From the NCBI GenBank assembly GCA_964016885.1, contig OZ024743.1, forward strand, positions 320,416,001-320,480,000: a DNA stretch of 64,000 nucleotides, written 5' to 3'. The position numbers were made by a program, and so were the translations under genes. The stretch's first letter is position 1. The number at the start of each line of letters is the position of its first letter. Shown in pieces: positions 26,030-39,419 of this stretch. Source of the DNA: Eledone cirrhosa. Taxonomy: Eukaryota. Under the pieces are notes generated by a model that had not been told where the DNA came from, ran no database searches, and saw only the letters and a list, made by a program, of their open reading frames with translations.

Positions 26030-28455
26030 ATATATATATGAAAATAGGGAGAAAAAGACGATTATTAGGAAGAAAAATATATATTTTTCCTTTTATTCTT
26101 TTCTCTTTTTTTCTGGGTTAGAAAATGTTTAAAACAAAATATTTTACTTTGTGTGAAGTGTTAAGGTATTAGTTAATTAATTAATTAATTAACAATGGCA
26201 TTTATTTATTTATTTATTTATATATTTAATAATTGTCTATTACAAGTTTCAGCATTTTATGCATTATCAAAGGGGGCAATTTGTATTGGTATAAAATGTT
26301 GGAGAGAAAATAACGTGATGTTGAACATGTTAAATAAATGGGAAAGAAAGAATAATATTATTTACAAACAAGGTTTTTGAAGTAAAAAGAAAAAAGAAAA
26401 AAGAAAAAAGAAAAAAGAAAAAAGAAAAAAGAAAAAAGAAAAAAGAAAAAAGAAAAAAGAAAAAAGAAAAAAGAAAAAAGAAAAAAGAAAAAAGAAAAAA
26501 GAAAAAAAAAGGGGGGTGATGTGGAACATAATAAGGTAATGGGAAAGAAGGAATATTATTTACAGGCATAGTTTTCAGAATAAGCAGTTCAAAATGTGTT
26601 ATTATGGCAAGAGCGCTTGGTTGGTCCATAATGGAGAAAAATAGCAGTCTGGGGTTTGATATGATTTCCCTTTTTAGAGAGTTAATATACAGGGGAGAGG
26701 GGGTAATTCAGGGTGGTCAGGCAGGGGAGAGAGAAATGAGACGGGGTAATTCATATATATAAGAAAAAGGATTAGGTAGGGTGTTAGGGAGGTAACTCTT
26801 TAGAGAACATAGGAATTGGGCTTTGGTTCATTGTTCGTTCCAATTTTGGTTTAGTCCGAAGTTTAGTCCATTAAGTAGAGGTTGGAATTTGTTAATGAAG
26901 TACGTTTCCTTATTGGTACGATGGATGAAAGAAGCGTTGTCTATGAATTTGTAAATGGGGAAAATTTTAAAGTTTCGATGTTGGTTAGGTGTACAATTGG
27001 CGATATGTTCACTAAAAGCAATCTTTCTGTATTCCTGTATTTTGATTTGTGATCTATGGACGGTCAAACGTTGTCGGAGGCTGTTTTTTGTCTGTCCTAT
27101 TTAGTGCTCTCGACAACCTGAGCAGGTCAAATCATAGATTAGATTTTCCGATGCACATGCACATTAACTGTGAAATGTTGTCCCTGTTTAAAATGGAATG
27201 TTGAACCTTCTATTAGATTTATGCAAATACCACAGTTGGGCCTTCCGCATTTTTTTTACTGTAGGTTTCATTGTGAGGGTTGGTTGGATTTTGGCTTGTC
27301 TGAGGATGTTTTTTATGGATATAGGTTGCCTTTTGCTCTTTATGATGTTGTGTGTTTTGAGGATTTTGTTCATTCTTGGGTCTCTTTTTAGTAAAGGAAT
27401 GTTCTGGAGGATGGTATCGAATGCCTCATTGTTGACGGGGTTGTGTGTGGAGATGTATGGTAGAGTTTTCTGTTGCGGTTCATTCCTGGGTTTGGGGTGT
27501 CTGAGTTCCTGGATGTTGAGTTTTAGGGCACGTTGGAATCCATTGTTGATTAGGGATGGTGAGTAGTTTCTGCTTCTAGTCATGTTTCTACTTCTAGTCA
27601 TGTTTAGCAAGTGTATTTATCTGAAACTATTGTGCAGATCCTTCTGGCTAGGTTATAAGGAATTACCATTTTGGTATGGCGAGGATGACACGAGTTAAAT
27701 GGAAGATATTGTTTGGAGTCTGTGAGTTTGTAGTATATGTCTGTTTCTACTTTGTTGTTTGTTTTCTTGATCAGGATGTCGAGGAAAGGGAGTTGTTCAT
27801 GGCTGTAATCCATTGTAAATTGTAAGTTTGTGTTGAGTCCATTTAGAAGGGTTTTAAACTCAATCAGTCTTTCTATACTCTCATGCCAGAGGAAGAAGCA
27901 GTCGTCCAGATATCTCTTCCAGTTTTTTCTATGTGTAGGTAGACGTGGTTACCGTATTTGTCTAGGAATTTGCGGTAGAGAATGGTTTCCAAATATCCCA
28001 TGACAAGGTTGGCGTATGAGGGGGCTACTTTCGTGCCCATGGCAGTCCCAGATTTCTGTCTGTAGTATTTGGCATCGAATTAGAAGAAGTTGTTTTCCAA
28101 GATGAATTTGAGTCACTCCAACACAAATTCTTTTGGGATGCGTTGTGGAAGTTAACTATGGAAATTTTCAAGCCAGAATTGTATTGCCTCTATACCTAGT
28201 TTGTATGGGATATTGGAATATAGATTGATGACATCAAAGGTTACTAGTAGGGTATGTTCATTATTAAGTGTTGTTGGGAGGTGGTTGAGCACGTCAAGGT
28301 CATCCCTTATGAAGCTTTTTATGTATTTTAGGAAAGGTTTAAGCAGAATATCTAGGAAGTTTCTTAGACGGTGGGTTTCACATGTGGTACCTGGTATTAT
28401 GGGTCTTAATTTAAGGTCATCAGGAGGGGGTATATTGATGTAAATGTCTGTGGCT
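26030..28455 (-). mobile_element. Penelope-like element, second family (RT + GIY-YIG), decayed; 3' region includes an (AAAAAAG)n tract at ~26385-26510
   Basis: LRPII, FDVINLYSNIP, GTAMGTKVAPSYANL, RYLDD, LPFLDI, YLPFNSCHP, NLIY..C..C...IGQT...RLTVH. The 3' boundary is approximate. Confidence 0.85.
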
Positions 28456-28462
28456 TGCTTGC

Positions 28463-28501
<39 letters not shown>

Positions 28502-28849
28502 CGTGTGTGTATCTATGTAGGTGTGTGTATAAGTGTGACTGCGTTTCTGTGTGACTGTAATGGCGTATCAATATTGATATATTCATGCTGGCGATTTCTG
28601 TCATCACATTCGATACTAGATGCCTCATACAAAATATAGGATAATTTTTCCAAACTATAATCAATATGAACAATAATATTACATGATGCACAGGTGTTAC
28701 ATTAAATGTAATATAAAGTGTTATATATTTTGTGTCGGAAATTTTTTAAAGCACATTTTGTTACAGCCTAAAAATTTATTGATTTTAAATTATTGCACAT
28801 TTGAGGCAGTACCGAATACTAATTCTCAAGTTCTTAATATATCTGACAA

Positions 28850-31800
28850 TACAATGAGGCCGGAGAGAATCTCCAAAATACCCGAAAAAGTTATCATCGA
28901 CAACAACAACAAAATAAACATTTCGGTAGAAGGGCGTAAATTTCTTTACTTTCGCTGTGGTAGCACATCACACCTAAAAGACTCCTGTCCTTCACAAACA
29001 CACCACAACACAACAATATCATTAAAAAAACACTATTACCAACACCAACACCAACACAACCACCATCACCACAAGTACAACAGACCAAACGAGCAACCAC
29101 ACCAAAACAAACAGCCACTCAACCAACAACAACAGAAAAAACAGAGACAACACCCCTGAAGAACACAGCCCCACCCTATCCCACTCCATAAAACACTACC
29201 ACAAACGCACACACCGAAACACCACCACCACCACACAACATACCCCTACCCCACACTCCTGACGATGATTATTCATTGACAGATGAGGCTGCTTCTCCTG
29301 CTTTAAGTGAAGAAGAGGGAGAGCCGCGGAAATCTAAAAATCATAAAGTGAGACACAACAAAACCCCCAACACTCCAATCACCAACACCAACACTCAACC
29401 ACAGACACAAATAACAACACAAACAATACCACAATCAAACATCCCCCTACCAGCAAAACCAACAGCAACACCACCCCAAACACAAGCACCCACCATAAAA
29501 AGAAAACTCCCGGACGAACAACAAACTAAAACAACACAATAAAAACGCAAACAACAATACGCATACATCAACACAAACAACAAGAGTTTGATGGAGGTCA
29601 TCTCCCAAAACCCCAAGGTAGAGACGGAGGGCAAAACTTTCGTCAAAGCAGAATCGTCTCCAAGATTTAAACTTCTAAGGGTTTCTATGGAAACCTATAA
29701 TGACCTAAAAATAAATTTTCACAGGACGTGGGCAACCCTGCCAGAAACCCATCAACCGCGTCCTGTTGAAATGTTTCCCCACCCCACCCAACACCCAAAT
29801 GGAGATTGAACAACCCGATCTCCAGGAAACGAACAGGTAAGTGCACTTTTCGTCCCTTTTCTCAACTCTTCTTCACCAACATGGCTAGTTTACGAGTTGG
29901 AAGCGTGAATGTGCGTGGCCTAGGGATGCCCTGGAAACAGGGCCAACTTTTAAACGACCTTAGGTCACACAGTATGGATGTAATAGCCATCACCTAGTCC
30001 AGGATCCACAACAGGCAGCAACTATCCCCCATCTTTGACGACTTTGAGATCTACGCATCTCTCTGTCAGCCAGGAGGTGGAGGTGGAGTGGCTGTCATGT
30101 TTCGGAAGAACCTGGACGTCGAAGAACAGCAAGTACATTTGGACCCGGAGGGTAGACTGGTAGTCCTAGACGTGAACAGTATTGGGGGTGAAGCCTTCAG
30201 ACTGGTGGCCGTTTATGCCCGGACCGGGCAATCGCAATCACGGCCAGACTTCTTTAAGCGTCTAGAGTCTTTTCTGGGAACGTCTCGCTCCTTACTTTTA
30301 GTGGGGGGACTGGAATAGTATCCTAGATGCACGATGGGACTATGTGGGAGCATGTCCCAGTAGAGCGGGGTGCAACAGCCTCAAAACTTTAATCGGCTAA
30401 TTCCAACTGGCCGATAGGTATCGACTGGATTTTCCGACTGCACCACAGTGGACGTGGGCAAACCGCAGCGGGACATCTAGATCGTATTTAGATAGGTTCT
30501 TCATTTTAGAAAGAGACAAGGAGATGTTAAGCTGTCCACGAATGCACATGGTTGCCTATTCAGATCACAAATTAGTCGTCTGCTTAGTCAACCGTGATAG
30601 AACACATAGACAGGGACCCGGATACTGGAAGCTGAACGTGACGTTGCCGGCACATAAAGCTTACAGTGAAAGGATAACTAGACTAGTCAAGCAAGAGTTA
30701 ACGGGAGCCATCGTCAACAATAGATGGTGGTACACTCTCAAGAAAGCAATTAAAATAGATTCGATAGGGTTTAGCAGAGAGTTAGCCTTAGAGAAAAACA
30801 AAATCGAAAGAGAACTAATAGCCAAGATAGTGGAGGCACTTAGAAGTGGCAACGCGGCTAGAATGTTAGCGTCGAGAACGGCACTGGACCAGTTCTTCGA
30901 TGCAAAACACGAAGGCTGCGTGGTCAGAAGCAAAACGCGTGATCTAGGAAACGAAGGAGCGAAAGCTGTCAGCTGTGCCCGAGTGGCGAAGGCAAAAAGT
31001 GGCAACAAGTCCACGATTCGGTCTTTGAAAGACCAAAACGGACGCGGGCTACTTGACCCCAAGCAAATATGCGCGACCTTTCAGCAGCACTTTGCGCGAC
31101 TGTTTGAGCAGAACGACGGTGAACCTAACGGGGCAAAGGACTTTAGTTCATACCTCGACGGCCTGCCGCGTCTCTCGAACACGGACGCCAAGTTCTGCGA
31201 AAGACCGATCACGGACACTGAGAAACGTGACGCTCTGGGCCGCTGCGGGAAACGCAACTCACCCGGTCTAGATGATCTCCCCAATCGGTTTTACATAGGC
31301 GTGCCGGATTTGTCCTCTGGCGTCCTCGAAGCCGTCTACTGCAATTGGCAGCAGAACAGGAGAATTCCCAGTTCTGCAGGCAAGGGCGTAGTAATGCTGA
31401 TCAGGAAAGACGAGAACAAGGTGGTCGAAATTAACAACTTCAGGACCAAAACTCTGCTCAACACAGAATTAAAGATTTTGGCCAAGGTGCTAGTGACGAG
31501 ACTGGCGCTTGTCGTCGAGAACCTGGTAGGGAAAGCGCAAACGTGTGCAATCCCGACCAGGTCCATACACGACAACCTCCACCTCACGCGATACATCATT
31601 GAGAGGGTGGGTAGTAAACCCGGCTTCGGTGGGGCTCTGATCAATTTGGATCAGTCTCAGGCATTCGATAGGGTTGACCATCGATACTTGGAAGCGGTTC
31701 TCAAGGCGGCCGGTTTCGGTCCCGTTTTCAGAGGTTGGATCGAGGCGATGCACACCAACATCTGCTCGAGGGTCAAGGTGAACGGCTACCTATCGGAGCC

Positions 31801-33480
31801 GTTTGCAATCACGCGTTCCATTCGACAGGGGTGCCCTCTCTCCTCCATTCTGTATGTATTGACTCTAGAGCTACTACTGCAGAAATTGGAGCTGTTGCAG
31901 AGCATCCCTCTAGAACCGGGACTGCGCAAAGCGACGTTACAGTAATGGTCTCGAGCACCTCGGAAATCGGGGTGATCGGCAACTTACTGAAAGAATATGA
32001 AACGCTGACGGGAGCAAAAGTAAACCCAAACAAATCTGTCGGTTTGCAACTCGGGACGTGGAGAGGAAAAGGCAAACCGATGACCTCCGACAGCGTCGTT
32101 GGACGCTGGACGGACGGAGCGGTGAAATTGCTCGGGGTCTGGTTCGGTCCAGACCTCCAGGTGGAGAAAAACTGGAACGAGGTCACGGCCAAGGTGTCTG
32201 CGCTCACCCAGAAGTGGGCAGAGTGCAAACTGTCCTTGAAAGGTCGAGCGGAGGTGGCGAACATTTTCATAGCGCCCGTCATCTACTACCGCTTGACTGT
32301 CGTGCCTTGTCCCCGTGAACACCTCGCCAAGATGCAACGCATACTCTTCCAGTTTCTGCGGAAGGAGCTGGTGAGGAGATCCGTCTGCTGCCAGCACCCT
32401 TCCAACGGAGGGCTGGGCATCACCGACCCCCAACCGATGTAGGCATCGTTTGTGAGACAGGCTTTCCCACAGCTCGTCTCACTGACGGAGCTGCAGTCAT
32501 GGGTCAAGAAAAGACCGAAAACGATGGGCGCCTGGCACATTGAATGCGCTGAGGCGCTCACAGTCCTCTGGCAAGCGGGGGCAGCAATCACTGGAGACTC
32601 CACATCGACATTCTATAGAGGGATTGTACGTTACAAGCGCGACGACGTGCTCGGAGAGACTCTGGGCGTCGAAGACGATGAGCTCACCAGTCTGTTTGGT
32701 AGGACTTTCCGCCCGGGACCTATGGACAACTTCCAGAGGTCCCTGGCCTAGCAGTGCTACCGCGGGGCTCTACCAGTTCGTGACAAGATCTACAGGCACG
32801 GACGCCTCGGCAAGGATCCTTCCAAGAGGACGTGTCCAAGATGCGCACAGGACATTGAAACAGTCCTGCACGCAATTGTAGACTGCACGGGCGTAACCGA
32901 CCTGTGGAACTATGCAGAACAACTGCTGTCGCGTATGGGACAAAACCAGTTGACTGCCGAGTCGATAGTAAGGATCAAACCGCCAGCATCTTTCAAAAAC
33001 GAAAGAGACGCGATTTTCCTCTGTACAGTGCCTATGGTGAAAGAAGTTATATGGTGGACGAGTTTGAGAGACTGAGGACAGATGCCTTTCTCACCGGACA
33101 ACAATTGATTCCCTTCTTTAAGTATCACTTTAGAAGGAGAATCAGAGAGGAGAGAGAGGAACTGCACCCCAGTAAATTTACTGAAAGGTGGGTGAATGAA
33201 GCGAAAATGGTCCGAGTAATTGTGCCTTCTCTGTTTATAAGCCTATATGTTAAAGAAGAGAGCAAAAGGAAGAAAGGAGGACTTGCACAACTCGTTCCTG
33301 GAGTTGACGGTTGTTCTGTCGACGGGGTATTAAACAACCCATTTGTGGCGCTTCTCCTCTATTGGGGATTTCGATTGTTGTAATTGTTTGTTTTATATTT
33401 TTTATACGACTGTATGTAAAATCCCTGGCATATCTTTGTATTGTCCCCTTTTGTTGTGAGCCTTTGTGTCAAATAAAGAA
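28850..33480 (+). mobile_element. Tx1-clade LINE, array copy 1 (5'-truncated in ORF1; ORF2 from 29881, disrupted)
   Basis: ORF1 remnant INISVEGR; APE motifs NVRGL, SDHK, GPGYWKLN; RT motifs; AATAAAGAA then (ATCT)n at 33481-33563. Confidence 0.93.
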
Positions 33481-33563
<83 letters not shown>

Positions 33564-36500
33564 CAATCAAGCTGTCGTCTGTTCTACAGTGTGGATGTAA
33601 TTCACTTCGCGCAGAAGTTTTGTTCAAATTTATTGCGGAAATTTTGTGAGTTCAAATTTAATTTTGATACTATTGTGTAGCTTGACCCCCCGTCTGAACT
33701 GTCAGACGGTGGGTCAGCTCATTTTTACCCCTCCTATAGGTAAAAAACCTGTTTTTTTAAATTTTGTGGCAACAAAAAATTTTTTTTTTCTATCGTCTGA
33801 CAGAAATGTTAAACGAAGCGAACGAAAACAGTGGTGGGGGACAGCGGTAAGAGTTGTAAGCTCGCACGCTTTAGTCCCCCCTTCCTTCCCAACTAACGTC
33901 ATGGAGAAGGAAGGAAAAAACAAAATAAAAACAGACGAATCTGCGGAGAAAAATGACGAAAACACAAATCTGGACATGGATTCCAACAACGAAAAAAAAA
34001 AATTTGAAAAATTGCATGACAATACTAACACCACAAACAAAGACACAACAAACACAAAAATAACATTTGAAAATAACACCATAACAGAAAGCAAAGCAGA
34101 CGACAGAGTCAAGATTTCATTTGCACAAAAAACAAAGAAATCTTTGACATATATACCTGATAATATTTCAGATGTGGCACGAAGAATCACAGACGCCAAA
34201 CAATACATAACTGAAGGAGAGAATGGTATTTTATCGGTTAAAATGCCTCAAGAACTCACCAAAGACATTGAAAGTAGAACGGTCGTGTTCCGCACCATCA
34301 ATAACACTTCAAAAAAAACCTGAACAGCCTTCTCAAGCAGATATCAAAACAGTACTCACAGAAGTACTTAATGAAACCACTTTCATAAGAAAAGACAGAC
34401 TCTATGGAAGCCTAGCAATTATTATGAAGAACGAATCGGCGGCAAAAAAATGTGCTTTGTCACCGATTCGTTCGAAAAATTTTACCTTTTATCCATCTTA
34501 TATGGGGAAAAGAACTCAACGCATATGGCTGGATGCAATGATGCCAGATGTGGACTACTGCTGGCTCATAGCTGGCTTCATCGATCCAGTGAATGACAAC
34601 GTGATTTCCATTGGGAAAACCATAGGCAATGCGTTCAGTGGAACAGGTATAGAGCTGGTAGTGCAAATGAAGCCTGAACTCATCGCCCAAATACCCGACA
34701 GAATCCTATTAGAGGGCCACGGGTATATAAACATTAGCGTGGAGGGGAGAAGGCCATCCTGTCATATCTGTGTAGGCAGAGGGCACCTGAAGGCCGCTTG
34801 TCCCCAATTCAACAAAAAGAAAACCCTGCTACCAACACCAGCTCCACCACCACCACCACAACAGATAAACAAACAACAAAACTCAGTCCCACCCAACCCG
34901 CCCCTCAGTAAAACTACACCACCACCACAACACAAACAGTCACAACACATTACCCCAAAACAAAATACAGGCCCACCCAACCCCTCACTCAATAAAACAA
35001 CACAACCACCGCAGACACAACACACAACACAGTCTAACATAGTGACATCCATCTCCCCCACAAAGAAAACCAACACGGAAACTTTACCAGCAAACATACC
35101 TCTTCCCTCCAACACTGAAGATAACCCAACGAATTCGGAGGAAGTAACGGAGTCCTTCAGACAGATTAAAAGGAAACAAAGAAAACATGTGCAAAACACA
35201 CAAGGCCAAACAACCCCCACCCAAATCTCAACACAATCCAACAAAACAGAAAACACCCCTCCAGCAACAAACAAAACCAAACCTGCCCCTCCCCTCTTCG
35301 AAACACTCACACCATCCGAAAAAAAAGACATTACACTATACTTACATCAACAGAAACAATAATAAATTAAATGAACTCATATACAATAATCCTTCGGTAC
35401 AAACCGAAGGTGTAAACTTTGTTTCTTCAGATAACTACCCACATTTAAAATTAATAAAGATCCCAATGAACCTCTACCAAAAACTAAAATAGGATTTTAA
35501 GGAGGACGTAGGACCACCATAAACCGCGTTCTACTAACTCCCCAACACAACTCCAAACACCCCAACCCCACCACACACTGACGACCCCACACCACCACAA
35601 GACACCCCTTCACCCATCACCCCCGACCCCATGGAAGTCGTGCGACCCAAACCCCGGGAAGCGGAAAGGTAGGTCTCTACACTCTCCTTTGGCTCTGCCG
35701 CCCACATGGATGTGTTAAGAGTAGGATGTTTGAATGCACGTGGCCTGGGCTCGACTTGGAAGCAAGCAAAGCTTCTAAATGACCTCAGGTCATGTGGTAT
35801 AAATGTAATGGTTATCTGTGAGACTCGGATCAGCGTCGTGCGGCAGCTGGCCCCTACCTTCGATGACTTTGAGGTGCATGCATCTCTCTGTCAACCTGGA
35901 GGTGGGGGTGGGGTTGTCGTACTGCTGCAAAAACACCTGGGTCTTGCCGTACAGGTTGTGCACTCGGACCCGGAGGGTCGTTTGTTGGTGCTAGACGTTG
36001 GCAGTAGTGAAGGTGCGGCCTTAAGACTGGTCGCCGTCTACTCCCCTTTCGGAGCTGAACGGCCCGACTTCTTCTAGCGTTTAGAGACTTTTCTGGGAAC
36101 ATCGCGTTCCCTGCTTCTAGCGGGGGATTGTAATGACATCCTGGATGCACGTTGGGACTATGCAGGAGCATGTCCTAATAGAGGGGGGTGTAACAGCCTC
36201 AAGGGGTTACTCGACCGTTTTAACTTGGTCGATAGATATCGACTAGATTTTCCAACTGTGCCTACCTGGACTTGGAGAAACCACAGTGGTCAATCTAGAT
36301 CGTACTTAGATAGATTCTTAGTTAGAAGTAAGGATAGGGACATATTGAGCTGTCCAGAAATGCGCACGGTTGGCTACACGGATCACAAATTAGTGACCTG
36401 CGTAGTCAATCTCGAGAAAACACATAAACAGGGTCCCGGTTACTGGAAACTTAATTTGTCTTAACCGGCAAAAGCGACTTACAGAAACCGGATTAGCAGA

Positions 36501-39356
36501 TTAGTTAAGGAGAGGTTGACGGGTGCAATCGTCAACAACCGATGGTGGGCATCTCTCAAAAGAGAGATTAAAACAGAATCAATAAGTTATAGCAAGATGT
36601 TAGCTGCCGATAGGAATAGAAACGAGAAAGAATTAACAGGTAAATTAGAAGAGGCAATCAAGAGCGAAGATGTGGCCAGAGTGCTGGCATCGAGGACGGC
36701 CTTGAACCAGTTTTTCAATGCAAAGCACGAAGGCTGCGTCATTCGAAGTAAAATACGTGCTCTAGGTAATGAGGGGGCCAAAGCCGTTGGCTGGGCCCGC
36801 GTGACAGAAGCTAAGAGTGGAAATCTATCCACCATCCGTTCGTTGCAAGACGAAGATGGACGGGTGATCCGGGAGCCTAAGCAGATGTGCGAAGCCTTTC
36901 AAAGGCACTTTGCCCGATTGTTCGGGGGAGGCCGAGGTCCGGGCGAGGACGTGGATTTCGGTCCATACCTCGACGGCCTACCGCGTCTCTCGAGCGATGG
37001 GGCGGAGTCCTGCGAGGGACCAATCTCGGCTGATGAGATCGGAGATGCGCTGAGCCAATGCAGCAGACGCAAATCTCCAGGTCTCGATGGTATACCTTAC
37101 GAACTTTATTTAGCAATGCCGGTCTTCTTCTCCGAACTCCTCGAAGCGGTCTACTGCAATTGGCAGGAGAACGGGAGAATTCCTTGTTCTGTAGCCAAGG
37201 GCGTAGTCACGCTGGTGGGGAAGGACGAGAAAAAGGGAGATAGTATAAATAATTTTCGGCCCATAACCCTGCTAAACACAGAGTTAAATATTTTGGCCAA
37301 GGTGTTAGCCAAGAGGTTGGCGCTTGTCGTGGGTGGCCTGGTGGGAGATGCGCAGACATGTGCTATCCCATCCAGGTCCATTCACGATAACCTCCACCTC
37401 ATGCGATACATCATAGAGAGGATTGGCAACAAACCCGGCTTCGGTGGGGCCCTGATCAACTTGGATCAGTCTAAGGCCTTCGATAGGGTCGACCATGGTT
37501 ACCTGGATGCGGTGCTAGCGGCGGCTGGGTTCGGTCCTGTTTTCAGAGGCTAGATCACTGCCTTACATAGCAACCACATCTGTTCTAGGATCAAGGTGAA
37601 CGGCTACCTTTCGAAGCCGTTCGAAATCACACGATCCATTCGACAGGGGTGCCCTCTCTCCTCCCTTCTGTACGTATTGACTCTCGAGCCTTTACTGAGG
37701 AAGTTGGAGTTGTTGCAGGGTATCCCCCTGGAACCAGGATTGAGCAAAGCGGTGTCGGCCTACGCCGATGACGTAACAGTAATGGTATCAACCGACTCGG
37801 AGATCGAGGCGATCGGTACTTTACTGGAGGATTACGAAAGGTTGTCAGGATCGAAACTGAACCGGGAAAAATCCATCGGGCTGCAACTCGGAACGTGGAG
37901 AGGCAGACCGATGCCTCCCGACTGTGTCGTCGGACATTGGACGGAGGACCCGGTAAAGTTGCTTCGGGTCTGGTTTGGACCGGACCTCCAGGTGGAAAAG
38001 AACTGGAACGAGGTTACGAACAAGGTGTTTGCACTAACCCAGAAATGGGCCAAGTGTAAGCTGTCCCTAAAAGGCCGGGCGGAGGTGGCGAACATTTACA
38101 TAGCGTCCGTCACTTACTACCGCCTGACTGTCGTGCCTTGCCCTAAGGAAACACTCACCACCATCGAACGCATGCTCTTCCAATTTCTTTGGAAGAAGCG
38201 CCCTCCTATGGTGAGAAGATCCATCTGCTGCCAACAACCTTCGAAAGGAGGGCTGGGGATGCCGTGGTTGATGATGCGTAGGCAAGCATTAAGGCTAGGC
38301 ACCTACAGGTATTCCTCACTGGTCAACCGGTGTGGGCTCCGTTCGTAAAACGAGCCTTTCCGAGACTCGTCTCGCTCACCGAGCTACAGTCCTGGATCAA
38401 GCAAAGATCCGGAAAACTGGGAGACTGGCACACTGAGTGTGCTCAGGCGCTCAGGGCTCTCTGGCAAGCGGGCCAGGCCATCGGTGGAGAATCCACCTCA
38501 TCATTCTATAGAGGGCTGGTGGCTAGCAGGGGCGATGTCACCCTTGGAGAGTCGCTGGACATGGAGGAAGACGAACTGGCCAGCCTGTTCGGTAGGAATT
38601 TCGGCCCAGGACCAATGGACAACTTCCAGAAGTCACTGGCCTGGGAGTGCTACCGAGGGGCTCTACCCGTTCGAGAGAGGCTCTACAGACACGGGCGCCC
38701 GGGCAGGGATCCCTCAAAAAAGATTTGCCCTAGATGCGTGCGTCACGAAGAAACCGTTGCGCACGCATTGGTGCAATGTCCGGGCGTGGCTGATCTGTGG
38801 GGCTACGCCGAACGACTGCTGTTGCGGGTGGCGCCGATTAAATTGACCGCCGAGTCCGTGATGACAATCAAACCGCCTCCCCTCTTCACAAAGGAAGCAA
38901 AGGCGGTTTTTCTGTGCGTAATAGCCATGTTGAAAGAGGTTGTTTGATGGACACGATTGAAAGGTCTGAGGTCAGGCAACTTCCTATCTGGCCATAATCT
39001 GGTCTACTTCTTCCGATATCACTTCGGAAGAAGGATAAGAATGGAGAGAGAGGTGCTTGGCCACAGACAGTTTTATGAAAGGTGGGTGATAGTGGCGAGA
39101 ATGGCTCGTGTAAATGGGCCTTCTCTGTATACCATCCTGTAGGTAAAGAAGTAAAGGAGAGGGGAGCACCTTCTCCATGTGCTCCCCGGGCAAAGGATTG
39201 CACACTTTTTCGGGGGTGTGTGCAACCCCCATCACGTCCCCTCCCTTTTGAGGTTATTTTCGATTATTTTCATGTTATACCCTTTTTACTCGATTGTATG
39301 TAAACTCCCCCTTTGTATTTGTCCCTTCTTTTTATGCCTTTATGGTAAATAAAGAA
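33564..39356 (+). mobile_element. Tx1-clade LINE, array copy 2, full length (~5.8 kb); ORF1 ~33901-35672, ORF2 35706-39142, both with stops or frameshifts
   Basis: ORF1 gag knuckle CHICVGRGHLKAAC (Cx2Cx4Hx4C); ORF2 APE-RT-CCHC; (ATCT)n on both sides. Confidence 0.95.

Positions 39357-39418
<62 letters not shown>

Positions 39419-39419
<1 letters not shown>

Noticed and set aside
33564-33750. HDV-like ribozyme at the Tx1 5' end
   Set aside because: The nested pseudoknot and the L3/J4-2 residues could not be placed; kept only as conserved hairpins.
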